Position numbers and translations under genes: made by a program
The notes under the pieces: generated by a model
What the model was told of the DNA's origin: nothing
The model's input: only the letters and a program-made list of their open reading frames with translations
Databases searched by the model: none
Shown here: positions 20,741 to 30,566 of the stretch, piece by piece
Layout of the letters: each line of letters opens with the position of its first letter
Numbering within the stretch: the stretch's first letter is position 1
Source of the DNA: an uncultured Collinsella sp.
GTDB lineage: Bacteria; Actinomycetota; Coriobacteriia; Coriobacteriales; Coriobacteriaceae
Assembly: GCA_900766165.1 (NCBI GenBank)
Contig: CAAFUK010000055.1
Location: 875-64,874, forward strand
Length of the DNA stretch: 64,000 nt
Direction: 5' to 3'

Positions 20741-20775
20741 GTTGCAAAAGTATGAAAATATCCTACAATTGCAAC
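20741..20775 (+). promoter_or_regulatory. Putative leaderless promoter of abiEi bracketed by an inverted repeat
   Basis: TTGCAA (20742)-16 bp-TACAAT (20764), ATG at 20776; GTTGCAA...TTGCAAC inverted repeat. Confidence 0.5.
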
Positions 20776-21399
20776 ATGAAGTACTTTAGCAACATAACGG
20801 CGATAAGCGAGCTTTCCGAGAGTGAGGGCGTGTTCACCACAGCCCAGGCGGCTCGCATGGATATCTCTCGAGATGCACTGGCACACTCATGCCGTGTGGG
20901 GCGTCTTGAACGGATATGCCACGGCGCCTACCGGATGTCCGGAACGCCGCGCCGAGACACCGACGAGCTCAACGCTTTTTGGAAGCTCACCAATCCCTCC
21001 CTTTGCGCGTGGGAGAGAAAAGGCCAGTGGGACGGCATTGCAGTGAGCGGTACGACAGCGGCGAACCTGCAGCAAATGGGCGATTTCTACCTGTCCCCCT
21101 ACAGGATGACCGCGCCTACGCGTATCAATACAAGAAACGAATCCCTTTCTTTTGTAAAGCGCGAGATTGCCGAGCGGGATATCGTTTGGCTCGACGGCCT
21201 GCCGGTAACTAAACCCGAGCGCACGCTTGTCGATCTCTGCCTCGATTGCGAAGACCCCTCGTTAATTATCGATGCCTATCACGACGCGTTTGGGCGAGGG
21301 CTCGATATACAGCGGCTGAGAGGTCTTGTAGAAGAGAACTCTAAAACCGCCAAACGACGCGAGCTCATGAGGCCTTTGCTGATGGTGCTAAACGGGTAA
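20776..21399 (+). CDS. Type IV toxin-antitoxin AbiEi-family antitoxin/transcriptional regulator
   Basis: GVFTTAQA, GRLERICHGAYR (wHTH), AVSGTTAA, GLPVTKPERTLVD. Confidence 0.82.
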   Translation: MKYFSNITAISELSESEGVFTTAQAARMDISRDALAHSCRVGRLERICHGAYRMSGTPRRDTDELNAFWKLTNPSLCAWERKGQWDGIAVSGTTAANLQQMGDFYLSPYRMTAPTRINTRNESLSFVKREIAERDIVWLDGLPVTKPERTLVDLCLDCEDPSLIIDAYHDAFGRGLDIQRLRGLVEENSKTAKRRELMRPLLMVLNG

Positions 21400-21482
21400 C
21401 GCGAAACGAGGACATGGGATAGTTAACCCGGCGGCAGGAGCTGGTCCTGTCGCCGGGTTGGGGTGTTGCCGCTGACTATGTG

Positions 21483-22919
21483 CTACTCACAGATTTGGTC
21501 GAGCACTTCGGTGATGGTCTTTTTTGCGACTTCGAGGTTGCGCTGGGCTTGGGCGACGGCAGCCTCGGCTTGTTTCTTTGCGTCTACGACCTCGGCGAAG
21601 CGATTGATGGATTCGCTGTACTCGCGCGTGCGCGGGTCGAGCGCTGGCGGGACTTCGATCTCGAACAGGTCGTTAGGGCGGATGGCGCGGATGCTGGCTG
21701 CTTCGGTTAATGCTTGAATCAGCTGCGCTCCATGGCCTTCTGTAAGGTATCCAACGATTATCTCCGAAAACACCACGCGCTCCTCTTCGGTCATCGTTTG
21801 GAACGACGGGCGAATGACGGTGGTGTTATGCGAAGCAACCAGGTGTTGCTTCGCGTCATCGGCGCTGACGACGAGCAGGTTGGACGCGCCGTAGCGACCC
21901 AGCATGCGTGGCATGACGATATCTCCAGCGCGGAGCTCATATCGACCGAGAACGCTGGGGTTCACCTTTACGATTTTGGAATCCGAGCCATTTGCACTCT
22001 CTACAGCATCTGCGGGTAGAAGGTTGCCGTCTTGAAAATCCTGAGATGAGATGCGGCGTACCTCGATTGCATCAATGTCGTTTGATGTGGTGCTCTCGCG
22101 GGGCATAAATGGAGCTACTCGCGTAAAAGCGTCACCGAGCGTAGCCCTGTAGTTTCGGGTGAGGCTGATAAGGCTGATTTTGCCTTTTGAGAGGGCTGCG
22201 CGATGCAGCAGCAATTCACGCGTGGCAAAAGTGGACGTTTCGATAGGCGTTGATCTGGGCGTATTGGTATCAATGCGGGCCCAGTCGGGGGAGATAGCAA
22301 AGGTGATATCAGAGTAATACGATGTTTCTGACACATATCGAAAACGCGGCCCGGATTCGATTGCGCTGCGAAATGCAACGCTGCGATTTCCTGAAGACAA
22401 TATGAGAAGCGCGCTTGTCATGTAGGGCCTGGGTTCAGAAAGCGGCAAATACACGACGCTCTCGATGAGTCCTTCGCGTATCAGAATCGTGCGCGCCTGC
22501 TCGGCTTTATCGAGTAGGTCGGCGGGCAGCACTACGGCTGCGCGAGTGCGATTCGAAAGGGCGAGCGCATACAGACACCAAATAAAGGGACCCCAGTCAC
22601 AGAAATCGAGGTAGCCGGGCTCTAAGTAATCGATCAAGCCGATACATTCTTTTTCGATGTCGTGTTTGCCCGTACGGTAATACCCCGATGCGTCGATAAA
22701 CACCGGAGCCGCATCGCCATTGCCCGCGCCCTGCCTGCCGGGTTCAAGCTCGCAAATATCGGGTACGCCGTTGCTGTTCAGGCTGAAACATTCACGAAGC
22801 GCCTTACAGTCGATGACGCCAGGCAGACGGACGGTGAGTAGACGGCTGCCCTGCTCCAGATTAAGCGCGCGTGAGAGGGCGGCGGCGGTGAGACGTGGCA
22901 ATGATGTTGTTTCACGCAT
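21483..22919 (-). CDS. Degenerate N6-methylase C-terminal region fused to a type I-like target recognition domain
   Basis: RAAVVLP..L....R..LI..GLIESVVYLP...ALLILS (HsdM-like); LRAGDIVMPR, VASHNTTVIRP, YL...G..LI, I...DL.EIEVP (TRD-like) and a coiled tail; no NPPF/Y motif. Confidence 0.55.
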   Translation of the reverse strand: MRETTSLPRLTAAALSRALNLEQGSRLLTVRLPGVIDCKALRECFSLNSNGVPDICELEPGRQGAGNGDAAPVFIDASGYYRTGKHDIEKECIGLIDYLEPGYLDFCDWGPFIWCLYALALSNRTRAAVVLPADLLDKAEQARTILIREGLIESVVYLPLSEPRPYMTSALLILSSGNRSVAFRSAIESGPRFRYVSETSYYSDITFAISPDWARIDTNTPRSTPIETSTFATRELLLHRAALSKGKISLISLTRNYRATLGDAFTRVAPFMPRESTTSNDIDAIEVRRISSQDFQDGNLLPADAVESANGSDSKIVKVNPSVLGRYELRAGDIVMPRMLGRYGASNLLVVSADDAKQHLVASHNTTVIRPSFQTMTEEERVVFSEIIVGYLTEGHGAQLIQALTEAASIRAIRPNDLFEIEVPPALDPRTREYSESINRFAEVVDAKKQAEAAVAQAQRNLEVAKKTITEVLDQICE

Positions 22920-23209
22920 GTATAGAGCCCTTTCTTCTTAGTGGGTTATATATTAGCAGAAAATATTGAAAATTTCTAATGACGAGAACAGAGTACTGTG
23001 CTATCCTCGAAGTAATCCAAAACCAACTCAATACAAACTGCTTGATGCAATCGCTACACAGCTTTTAGGTAAACTGCGCTATCAAGCAGGGTGATTTCAC
23101 TAACGAAGCTGCAGGTTAGGTCGATTGTCATCGTCCATACCTCAGACCATTCTAAAACCTAGAACAGACTTACCGACAAACATTCGTAACCGGACAGGAA
23201 GAGGCATTC

Positions 23210-24127
23210 ATGAAGAATGAAGACAGTATTTATGAGGTGTTCCTCAACGCGATCGATGAAGATCTCCGCGACATGTGCAAAAAGAACGGGAAGGCAGAGA
23301 TGCCGTTTCCGTATCCGTACTGCGGCGAGCAGGATACCGAGCGCTTGGCTAAGGCACTCGTTGGCGTGCTGGAAAAGCATTCGCCCGATATTCCCGGGCT
23401 GGTGCCCGAGCAGTATCGAGACGATGTGCACGAGGCCCGCGAGCTTTTGGCCGCAGCGTCACTCGCTTTGTTGTCGCTGTATTTTCCCCAGCGCGATAAC
23501 TGTGTGCACTGCATGGCCATCTTAATTGGCATGTTTGAGCACGGAAGCAATCCGCGCTTTAAGTCGAGCGGCGTGCGCATGTTCGAGCAGGTTACGACAG
23601 GTATGAAGTACTCGTCCGAACAAGGTGGATATATTCTGTCTCGCTTTGTGCGAAGCATCGACTACAAAAGACCCTGCGACCACGTGCATCGCGATGGGTC
23701 GCGCGGTTTTACGGCGGACGAGGACGATGCCGTCATGTTTTATAAGCGCTATCTCAAGGTGCAGAGACGCGTCTTCGATACCAGTCCGCGTTTCAACTTT
23801 GAGCTATGCGTCAAACGCCCGTTTGAGGCGCTTTCGGACAATCGGGAGAACTTTTATTGCATGGAGGAAAAGATGGAAATCGATTTGGCAACTAAGGTAC
23901 GGGAGCTCCAGGACCGCTACACCCTCAACTTCGCTCAGGCCAAAGAGTATGACCTGCTCGACAAGCTGATGATTGATGCATTGCTTGCATATCTGCGCGA
24001 CGGGTCAGTCTCAATCGCGGCGCGCGAGAGCTATGTGGCGCAAACGGAGCGTCTGATTGACGGTGCGGTCAAGTTGCCGTGTGCGACGAGCCCCAAGGAG
24101 GGCGCAGACGTCGACCGTATTTCCTAG
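23210..24127 (+). CDS. Hypothetical protein
   Basis: 305-aa ORF with GAGG RBS; first gene of a co-oriented run. Confidence 0.6.
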   Translation: MKNEDSIYEVFLNAIDEDLRDMCKKNGKAEMPFPYPYCGEQDTERLAKALVGVLEKHSPDIPGLVPEQYRDDVHEARELLAAASLALLSLYFPQRDNCVHCMAILIGMFEHGSNPRFKSSGVRMFEQVTTGMKYSSEQGGYILSRFVRSIDYKRPCDHVHRDGSRGFTADEDDAVMFYKRYLKVQRRVFDTSPRFNFELCVKRPFEALSDNRENFYCMEEKMEIDLATKVRELQDRYTLNFAQAKEYDLLDKLMIDALLAYLRDGSVSIAARESYVAQTERLIDGAVKLPCATSPKEGADVDRIS

Positions 24128-24165
24128 CAATCACGCAGAACTATCGACAAGAAAGGGGCCGTGCC

Positions 24166-25650
24166 ATGTCGGTCATTAAGATGTACGGCTACGAGGCCGC
24201 GCAGCAAACGGAGTACCAAACCAAGAAGTGGGCGACCAAGGAGGAAATGCAGGCGCTGTCATCCGGCGATGAGCAGCGCGATGTGATCTTGGCGCAAGGT
24301 GCCACGGTGGCTTTCTACGAGGGCGACAAGCACTGGGAGACAAGCGTGTCCAACAATGTTTTTGCCTTTGGCGGTACTGGTAGCGGCAAAACAGCGAGTT
24401 TCGTTTTGCCCAACCTGCTCAACCACCACGAGTGCTGCTATGTGGTCACAGACACCAAGGGCGAGTTACTGCGCCGCACGGGAAAAGGCTTTGAAGAGGA
24501 CGGCTACGAGGTAACGGTTCTCGACACCATCAATCCCGAGCAGTCGTCCGGGTACGATCCCCTGCGCTACGTGATGGATGTCGAGGATATCCCCACCACG
24601 GTGGCGGCAATCATGGAGGGGGTCGATCCTGACAGGCGCAGCTTTAGGAACGACCCGTTTTGGGACAACGCGAACGACCTGCTGCTTCGAGCGATTGTTG
24701 GAATCCTGTTCCTCCTGGAGTGCCTTGCTGGCACATTTGCGCCAGGCGGGGATCCTGAGGCTCCGCGCCGCTACCTTAAGATGAACAACGTCTTTAAACT
24801 GGCTGCGCTCATCAAGGTTACGGGAGATGGTGAGGGGCGATTCCCGTTGGACTACCTTGTAGAAGAGGTAGAGTCCAGGGAGTTTCTCGATAAGTATGGT
24901 GCGGAGAACGCTGATCTGTATGGCGTTGAGCAGTATCGCGATTTTCGAGGTGCGGCAGATAGGACGCTTAAGAGTATTCTGATCACGCTCAATGCAACTA
25001 TCTCGCGGCTTAAGACGCCTCAGCTCATGCGCGTTTTTGAGAATGACGAGATGCGTCTTGATCGTATTGACGAGGGCAAGCGCGTGATCGATCTTAAGGT
25101 GAGCGACAACGATTCGGCTAATGCATGGCTTGCGAACGTTGCCCTTAAGCAGCTGTTTAACCTTGCCCAACGCCGTGCCGATGCCAGCCCCAGCGGACAT
25201 TTGCAACGCCGCGTGCAGTTTGTGCTCGATGAGTTTCCCAATGTGGGACGCATCCCCGATTTTGAGCGCAGCATTGCGACCGTGCGCAGTCGCGGCATTA
25301 GCTTTTTGATGTGCGCGCAATCGCTGAGCCAGCTCGATGGCGTGTACGGCAAATCCACGGCGCTTACCATCCTCGATAACTGCGATAGCTTGGTCTATAT
25401 GGGTGGCGGCAGCAACATCGCGACGCAGAACTACATAAGCGAACTGTGTGGCGAGTCGGTTTTGGGCACCAAGTACGTGGGTGCCGAGCGCACAGCCGTA
25501 GATGTGCGCGGCTACGTGATGACCCCGGGCGAGGTGGGGCTTATGCCTCGCGCCGATTGCCTGGTTAAGGTGACCGGCATGCGACCATTCCGCGCCAAGA
25601 AGTACTTTTGCGACGATCATCCCAATGCGGCCAAGTGGCTGAGGGATTAG
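24166..25650 (+). CDS. VirD4/TraG-like coupling-protein ATPase lacking an N-terminal membrane anchor
   Basis: GGTGSGKT (Walker A), VTDTKGEL, YDPL, DPFW, VLDEFPNVG (Walker B), RSRGI, QSLSQL..YG, ILDNC. Confidence 0.85.
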   Translation: MSVIKMYGYEAAQQTEYQTKKWATKEEMQALSSGDEQRDVILAQGATVAFYEGDKHWETSVSNNVFAFGGTGSGKTASFVLPNLLNHHECCYVVTDTKGELLRRTGKGFEEDGYEVTVLDTINPEQSSGYDPLRYVMDVEDIPTTVAAIMEGVDPDRRSFRNDPFWDNANDLLLRAIVGILFLLECLAGTFAPGGDPEAPRRYLKMNNVFKLAALIKVTGDGEGRFPLDYLVEEVESREFLDKYGAENADLYGVEQYRDFRGAADRTLKSILITLNATISRLKTPQLMRVFENDEMRLDRIDEGKRVIDLKVSDNDSANAWLANVALKQLFNLAQRRADASPSGHLQRRVQFVLDEFPNVGRIPDFERSIATVRSRGISFLMCAQSLSQLDGVYGKSTALTILDNCDSLVYMGGGSNIATQNYISELCGESVLGTKYVGAERTAVDVRGYVMTPGEVGLMPRADCLVKVTGMRPFRAKKYFCDDHPNAAKWLRD

Positions 25651-25758
25651 CCCTTGCGGTTTCGCGCATTCTGACCTGTATTTTGCCGCACGGCCTCTGT
25701 TTGCCATGTGCCGTGCGGCCAGTTTCCCTTATCGATCCCATCTAGAAAGGAATTGACC

Positions 25759-26361
25759 ATGCCCGTTATGTACCGTGAGCCCAGCATCATCAAGAAGTCC
25801 AAGGACGGCCGCGTTGCCGCCGTCGATATAGCAAGCGAGCTGCTCAACAGCCGCGTGCTGCTGCTGGAGGGCGAGGTCAACGATGTGACCTGCAACGGCC
25901 TCATTAAGTCCATGTTGGTGCTGGAGCATCAAAGCGCGACCGAGCCTATCACCCTCATCATCAACAGCCCGGGCGGCAGCGTTACGGCGGGGCTGGCGCT
26001 CATCGACACCATGCAGTCACTCGATTGCCCCGTGACCACGGTGGGCGAGGGCGTCGTGGCCTCGATGGCCGCAGTGATCCTGGCCTGCGGCGACCACCGC
26101 CAGGTGTACCGCCACACGCAGGTGCTCATCCACCAGCTGATGGGTGGCACGGGGATGGCGCAGCAGACCGATATCGAGATCGCGGCACAGCACACGGCGA
26201 CCATGCGCGCCGAGCTGGACGAGCTGCTGGCCGAGCACGGCAACCTGAGCGCCCAGGAGTTCCACGAGCTCACCGAGCGTGACTGCTGGTGTAACGCCAA
26301 GCGCGCTCTGGAGCTGGGTCTGGTGGACGAGGTGATTGCTCCGAGTAAGAAGGCGCTCTAG
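25759..26361 (+). CDS. clpP: ClpP-family peptidase (island copy)
   Basis: INSPGGSVTAGLALIDTM, ASMAA (Ser), IHQ (His), ERD (Asp), ALELGLVD. Confidence 0.88.
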   Translation: MPVMYREPSIIKKSKDGRVAAVDIASELLNSRVLLLEGEVNDVTCNGLIKSMLVLEHQSATEPITLIINSPGGSVTAGLALIDTMQSLDCPVTTVGEGVVASMAAVILACGDHRQVYRHTQVLIHQLMGGTGMAQQTDIEIAAQHTATMRAELDELLAEHGNLSAQEFHELTERDCWCNAKRALELGLVDEVIAPSKKAL

Positions 26362-26369
26362 CGGGGCAT

Positions 26370-27233
26370 ATGCCCTACAAGTACGTTGAACAGGGCGAAC
26401 AGGTGCGTAAATTCACAGCCAGAAAGAGGTTGAACATGAGCAGGATTTGGGATGTCGACGGTATTGAGTGGGAAGATCTGCCCACCGTGAGTGACCTGCT
26501 TTGCGTGGCGGATGCAAAGATTCTGGCGCGTGAGGCCGCCCTGCGATTCGGCGGCAAGGCCGGCGGCCGCGGCCGTGGCCGTGTCGATAGCGAGCACGGC
26601 CTAAAGCGCGCTCGCCGCAAGATCAATAAGCTGCGGAAGATCGACCCCGAGTCCAGCGACAAGATTGTTTTGCTGCCCAAGCATGTCATCAATCGCCGTG
26701 ATGCGGGCCACGGCTTTGGCTATTACGACGTGGAGCCATGCGCTTTTACGCGCGGTGGCGCGCAAAAGCTGGGAGAGGACGCGTGCGCTGAAGTATATCC
26801 GTGGGAACTGTTCCTGCTCAACGAGGAGCCTGCAAGCGTCGTTCTGGGCTATCGCGTATGGCTCGGCGGCGAATGGGACCTATGCGAACGTTATCGCTTT
26901 TTGGCTGTAGTGTGCGCCAGCGCGCTGCATCGCGTCCGCGAGCAAAAGGAGCTGCGCAAGTGTCTCAAGAAGGACGATGCAGCCTGTGACATGGACGAGG
27001 ACGAGGCGATCGAAGGTGTTCGCCAAGACGTGCTGTATCCCGAGGAAGTAATCAACGCAAAACTCGGCGGCTATTGGGATACGAGCCTGGGGCTCGATCT
27101 GCCCTGGAAGGACGAGCATTTCGAGACCTGCGCACGGATCGACAGGGCAATCGATGACCTGTTTATCGAGGAGACGAAGCGCTGTGCTTCGGAGCTTGGG
27201 AGGAAGCTTGGGCGTGGGTATAGAAGGCGCTGA
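26370..27233 (+). CDS. Hypothetical protein
   Basis: 287-aa ORF 8 bp after clpP, same strand. Confidence 0.6.
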   Translation: MPYKYVEQGEQVRKFTARKRLNMSRIWDVDGIEWEDLPTVSDLLCVADAKILAREAALRFGGKAGGRGRGRVDSEHGLKRARRKINKLRKIDPESSDKIVLLPKHVINRRDAGHGFGYYDVEPCAFTRGGAQKLGEDACAEVYPWELFLLNEEPASVVLGYRVWLGGEWDLCERYRFLAVVCASALHRVREQKELRKCLKKDDAACDMDEDEAIEGVRQDVLYPEEVINAKLGGYWDTSLGLDLPWKDEHFETCARIDRAIDDLFIEETKRCASELGRKLGRGYRRR

Positions 27234-27707
27234 GAGTAATTGTCTTGAATATTGATTGTGACTTGTGACGTTATGTGCGGCATACTGTTTGCCACCGTTG
27301 CAGTGAGTTCGAACGAGAATCGAATGAATAGACGACTAAACAATGTCGGCGATTTCCCGCGTGCAAGCAAGCGAGCTGCAGGCTCATTTGCTTCTGTGCG
27401 GGTATTAGATCGTACCTTTCTGAAAGCCGTAATTAGCACAGGGAAAAGAAATCGAGTACCTGTCGTTCACTGTTCAGATTGACTGACAATATCCGTTCGC
27501 CTTGCAGTGGGGCTAGTTCGGCTATGTCCGAACGACATGAGAGGATTAAGCAAACTGCAATTTGTGTAGGCTTCTCTGGTGGAATGAGATGAAGTCGAAT
27601 GGAAAGGACGGAATGGAAACGCTTGGCTACTGAAAGAGATTTCTGTGCATTGGCTAGTATCGGGTATAGTTTTTATCCTAGCTCTCTTTAGGTGCACGGA
27701 GGATGTT

Positions 27708-29579
27708 TTGCGCTACTTGGGTAATAAGACCAATCTCTTATCCTCTATAGATAGTGTTCTCGAGAAGTATGAGATTACTGGAGAGACATTTATAGACCTG
27801 TTCTCTGGAACCGGCTCTGTGGGTGATCATTTTAAAAATCGCTATAAGATTATTTCAAATGATTACATGTACTTCGCAAGCGTTCTCGCTAATGCAAAGA
27901 CAAGTTTTGGCCATGTACCGGAGTTTACGTCTTTTGTAAAAAAATATAAAACAAATCCCTTTGACCTGCTGAACAGCAGAGAGTATGAGGCAAGCGAAAG
28001 ATGCTTTGTCTTGAATAACTATTCCCCAATTGGCGACCGCATGTATTTTACGGAGGAGAATGCCCTGCGTATCGACGGCATGCGCATGGATATCGAAGAG
28101 TTTCTCAAAGAAGGTGTAGTAACAGAGCAGGAATATATGTACCTTCTCGCATCGTTGCTTGAGTGTTCGCAAGGTGTTGCGAACACCTCTGGAACATTTC
28201 AGGCCTATTTTAAGTTCTGGGAGACCCGTGCAAAGAAAAGGATAGCGATTGCGCCCCTTGAGATGAGCGACTGCGATCTCTTCACTGCCGATAATCAAGT
28301 TTTTTGTGAAAACGCCAACCGGCTGGTCAGGCATATAACAGGTGATATTGCATACATTGATCCGCCTTATACAGTGACTCAGTATGCTAATTCTTATCAT
28401 GTGCTCGAGACCATAGCGCGTTATGATAACCCTTTGCTGTTTGGAAAAACGGGCAGAAGAAAGAATCGCATCCTATCCGATTATTCAAATAAAAAGAAAG
28501 CAATCCATCAGTTTGAAGACCTCTTTAGACAGATTGATGTTGAGCATGTATTGATAAGCTACAGCAACCAATCGATTGTGCCTCTTGATGCGCTAGTCAA
28601 AATGGCACGCTTATTTGCCGTTAACGGAGAAGTGTATATCGAAAAATATAAATACCGAGAGTATGCATCCAATAATTATAGCTATAAGGGAGGTTGTGAG
28701 GGTCTCAAAGAGGCGATTATATACTTTAAGAAAAATCGTTGCATAAATAAATCCCCGCTTAATTATTCTGGAAGCAAGGACGGGCTAATGCCGCGCTTGA
28801 CGAAGGTGATGCCAGAACATGTGGGTACATTTGTGGATGCGATGGGGGGTGCGTTTAATGTTGGGGCAAACACGGTCGCACTAAACGAAGTCGTCTACAA
28901 CGAATACAATCCCTTTGTTTTCGAAATAGTAAAGATGCTCACAACACGGTCGCCGGCAGATATGATTGCCTCTGTTGAGGAAGTTGTCACACATTTTGGT
29001 TTGACAAAGAAAAACAAAGAGGCATATGTGAAGCTTCGTGATTATTACAATGACGTGGATAGATCGCCGGTCATTCTATACACGTTGCAAATCTATGCAT
29101 TCCAAAATATGATCAGGTTTAATTCCTCGCATAAAATGAATACTCCTGTTGGCAATAATGAGTTTAATGATGGAACTCGAAGGCGAATTTTAGATTTCAG
29201 GACAAGGTCTCCTCTGGTTTCATATACATGTGGCGACTATAAAAAAATAGACATACAGGCATATCCCGCCGATACATTATTTTACTTTGACCCCCCATAC
29301 TTTATTACCAGTGCTGAATACAACGACGGAAAGCGTGGGTTTGATGGGTGGGGAATTGAGCGGGAGAAAGACCTGCTTGATTTTCTCTTGCAGATAGATG
29401 ATTCAGGCAGGTTATTTATGCTTTCAAATACTCTCGAGCATAAAGGCAGGGTCCATCATATCTTGCAAAAATGGATACAGGAGCATGGGTTTTATGTTAG
29501 CGATATTGGTATAACCGGTGTCAAATATCCCCGGACCGAGGTTGTTGTCACGAATTACATGCCGGTTATGAATCGATAA
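27708..29579 (+). CDS. Two-domain (FokI/LlaI-type) DNA adenine methyltransferase
   Basis: Domain 1: RYLGNK, DLFSGTGSV, YIDPPY. Domain 2: SPLNYSGSK, FVDAMGGAFNV, YFDPPY. TTG start after GGAGG. Confidence 0.9.
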   Translation: MRYLGNKTNLLSSIDSVLEKYEITGETFIDLFSGTGSVGDHFKNRYKIISNDYMYFASVLANAKTSFGHVPEFTSFVKKYKTNPFDLLNSREYEASERCFVLNNYSPIGDRMYFTEENALRIDGMRMDIEEFLKEGVVTEQEYMYLLASLLECSQGVANTSGTFQAYFKFWETRAKKRIAIAPLEMSDCDLFTADNQVFCENANRLVRHITGDIAYIDPPYTVTQYANSYHVLETIARYDNPLLFGKTGRRKNRILSDYSNKKKAIHQFEDLFRQIDVEHVLISYSNQSIVPLDALVKMARLFAVNGEVYIEKYKYREYASNNYSYKGGCEGLKEAIIYFKKNRCINKSPLNYSGSKDGLMPRLTKVMPEHVGTFVDAMGGAFNVGANTVALNEVVYNEYNPFVFEIVKMLTTRSPADMIASVEEVVTHFGLTKKNKEAYVKLRDYYNDVDRSPVILYTLQIYAFQNMIRFNSSHKMNTPVGNNEFNDGTRRRILDFRTRSPLVSYTCGDYKKIDIQAYPADTLFYFDPPYFITSAEYNDGKRGFDGWGIEREKDLLDFLLQIDDSGRLFMLSNTLEHKGRVHHILQKWIQEHGFYVSDIGITGVKYPRTEVVVTNYMPVMNR

Positions 29580-29611
29580 ATTACATGACCGTGTAGAAGG
29601 GATTGTGCCGT

Positions 29612-30562
29612 ATGAGAAGGTACTTATTGTTGAGTGACAAAACACCCAAACGATTCGTGAACACAATTGGCGATGGAAACGGCGGCAAACTATCGATTGA
29701 GGAGGTCGAGGATAGGATAGTATCTTGCTTAAATGAGGACAATCCCAAGCTGAATTTAGTAGGGATACAGTATATGGATAATAAGGGACCGCTGGCGGCG
29801 GTGCCATCTTCATATTCGGGTTTAATTGCTGATAAGTTTGAATATCCTAGTGGAACTGAAATCGCCGAGCTTGATCTCCCAACAGATACTTTTATTGAGG
29901 AAAAAGAAGACGAGGTGGCCGTTTGGCAAGTTCGGTTTTATGTATTCCTAACTCCAACAGAAATAATGGGTCGCAACGTTATGATTTCTCAACAGGTATT
30001 CCCGGATTACCTGGATCTAGTTGAAAGGGCTTTGGCCTCATCAAGCTACAGACCTACAAACCACCCTTCGTACCTTATTAATGTATGCAATTTCGAAATT
30101 ACAGCACTGAGCGTGAGGAGGAGAATTGAACTCTTTGCCGCAATGGGTTTTCGGTATGTTGAGGTATTTACCTCATCTATAAGCGAGAAGGAAGCCCCAA
30201 GGCGATTAGAGGATATTTGCCAACGGCAGCAGTTTGAATACTCCAATGGTTTGTATTTCTCGGATGACAAGGCGTGTACCATCGACTGCGCAAGAAGGAT
30301 TATAAATATTAATGCAGACAGCTTAAGGAACAAGATTGCTCGTAGTGAAGATGGGTCGGCCGCCTTTATAGGGAGTAGCGAGAAATTCTATTGGAGCAGT
30401 GTCCTTCCCCTCGTAATTGTTGCTGCGTTTGAAGACTATGAAATTAATTATTCAGACTACGAGAAGTTTATAGTCTCAAATCGTGCTTACTTTTTGAGGG
30501 GCGATAAATTTCCTCGGTGTGAGACTCTATTGAAATACTTTAAAAAACTAGCAAGGGGGTAG
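29612..30562 (+). CDS. LlaI.1-like restriction subunit (putative)
   Basis: About 316 aa, between the double MTase and the McrB-like GTPase as in the LlaI operon; assigned by synteny only. Confidence 0.55.
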   Translation: MRRYLLLSDKTPKRFVNTIGDGNGGKLSIEEVEDRIVSCLNEDNPKLNLVGIQYMDNKGPLAAVPSSYSGLIADKFEYPSGTEIAELDLPTDTFIEEKEDEVAVWQVRFYVFLTPTEIMGRNVMISQQVFPDYLDLVERALASSSYRPTNHPSYLINVCNFEITALSVRRRIELFAAMGFRYVEVFTSSISEKEAPRRLEDICQRQQFEYSNGLYFSDDKACTIDCARRIININADSLRNKIARSEDGSAAFIGSSEKFYWSSVLPLVIVAAFEDYEINYSDYEKFIVSNRAYFLRGDKFPRCETLLKYFKKLARG

Positions 30563-30566
30563 CTGG

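Noticed and set aside
23210..27233. Prophage (ClpP as a head maturation protease)
   Set aside because: No terminase, portal, capsid or tail genes nearby
27234..27707. Controller (C) protein gene upstream of the MTase
   Set aside because: The short ORFs here show no HTH pattern or RBS
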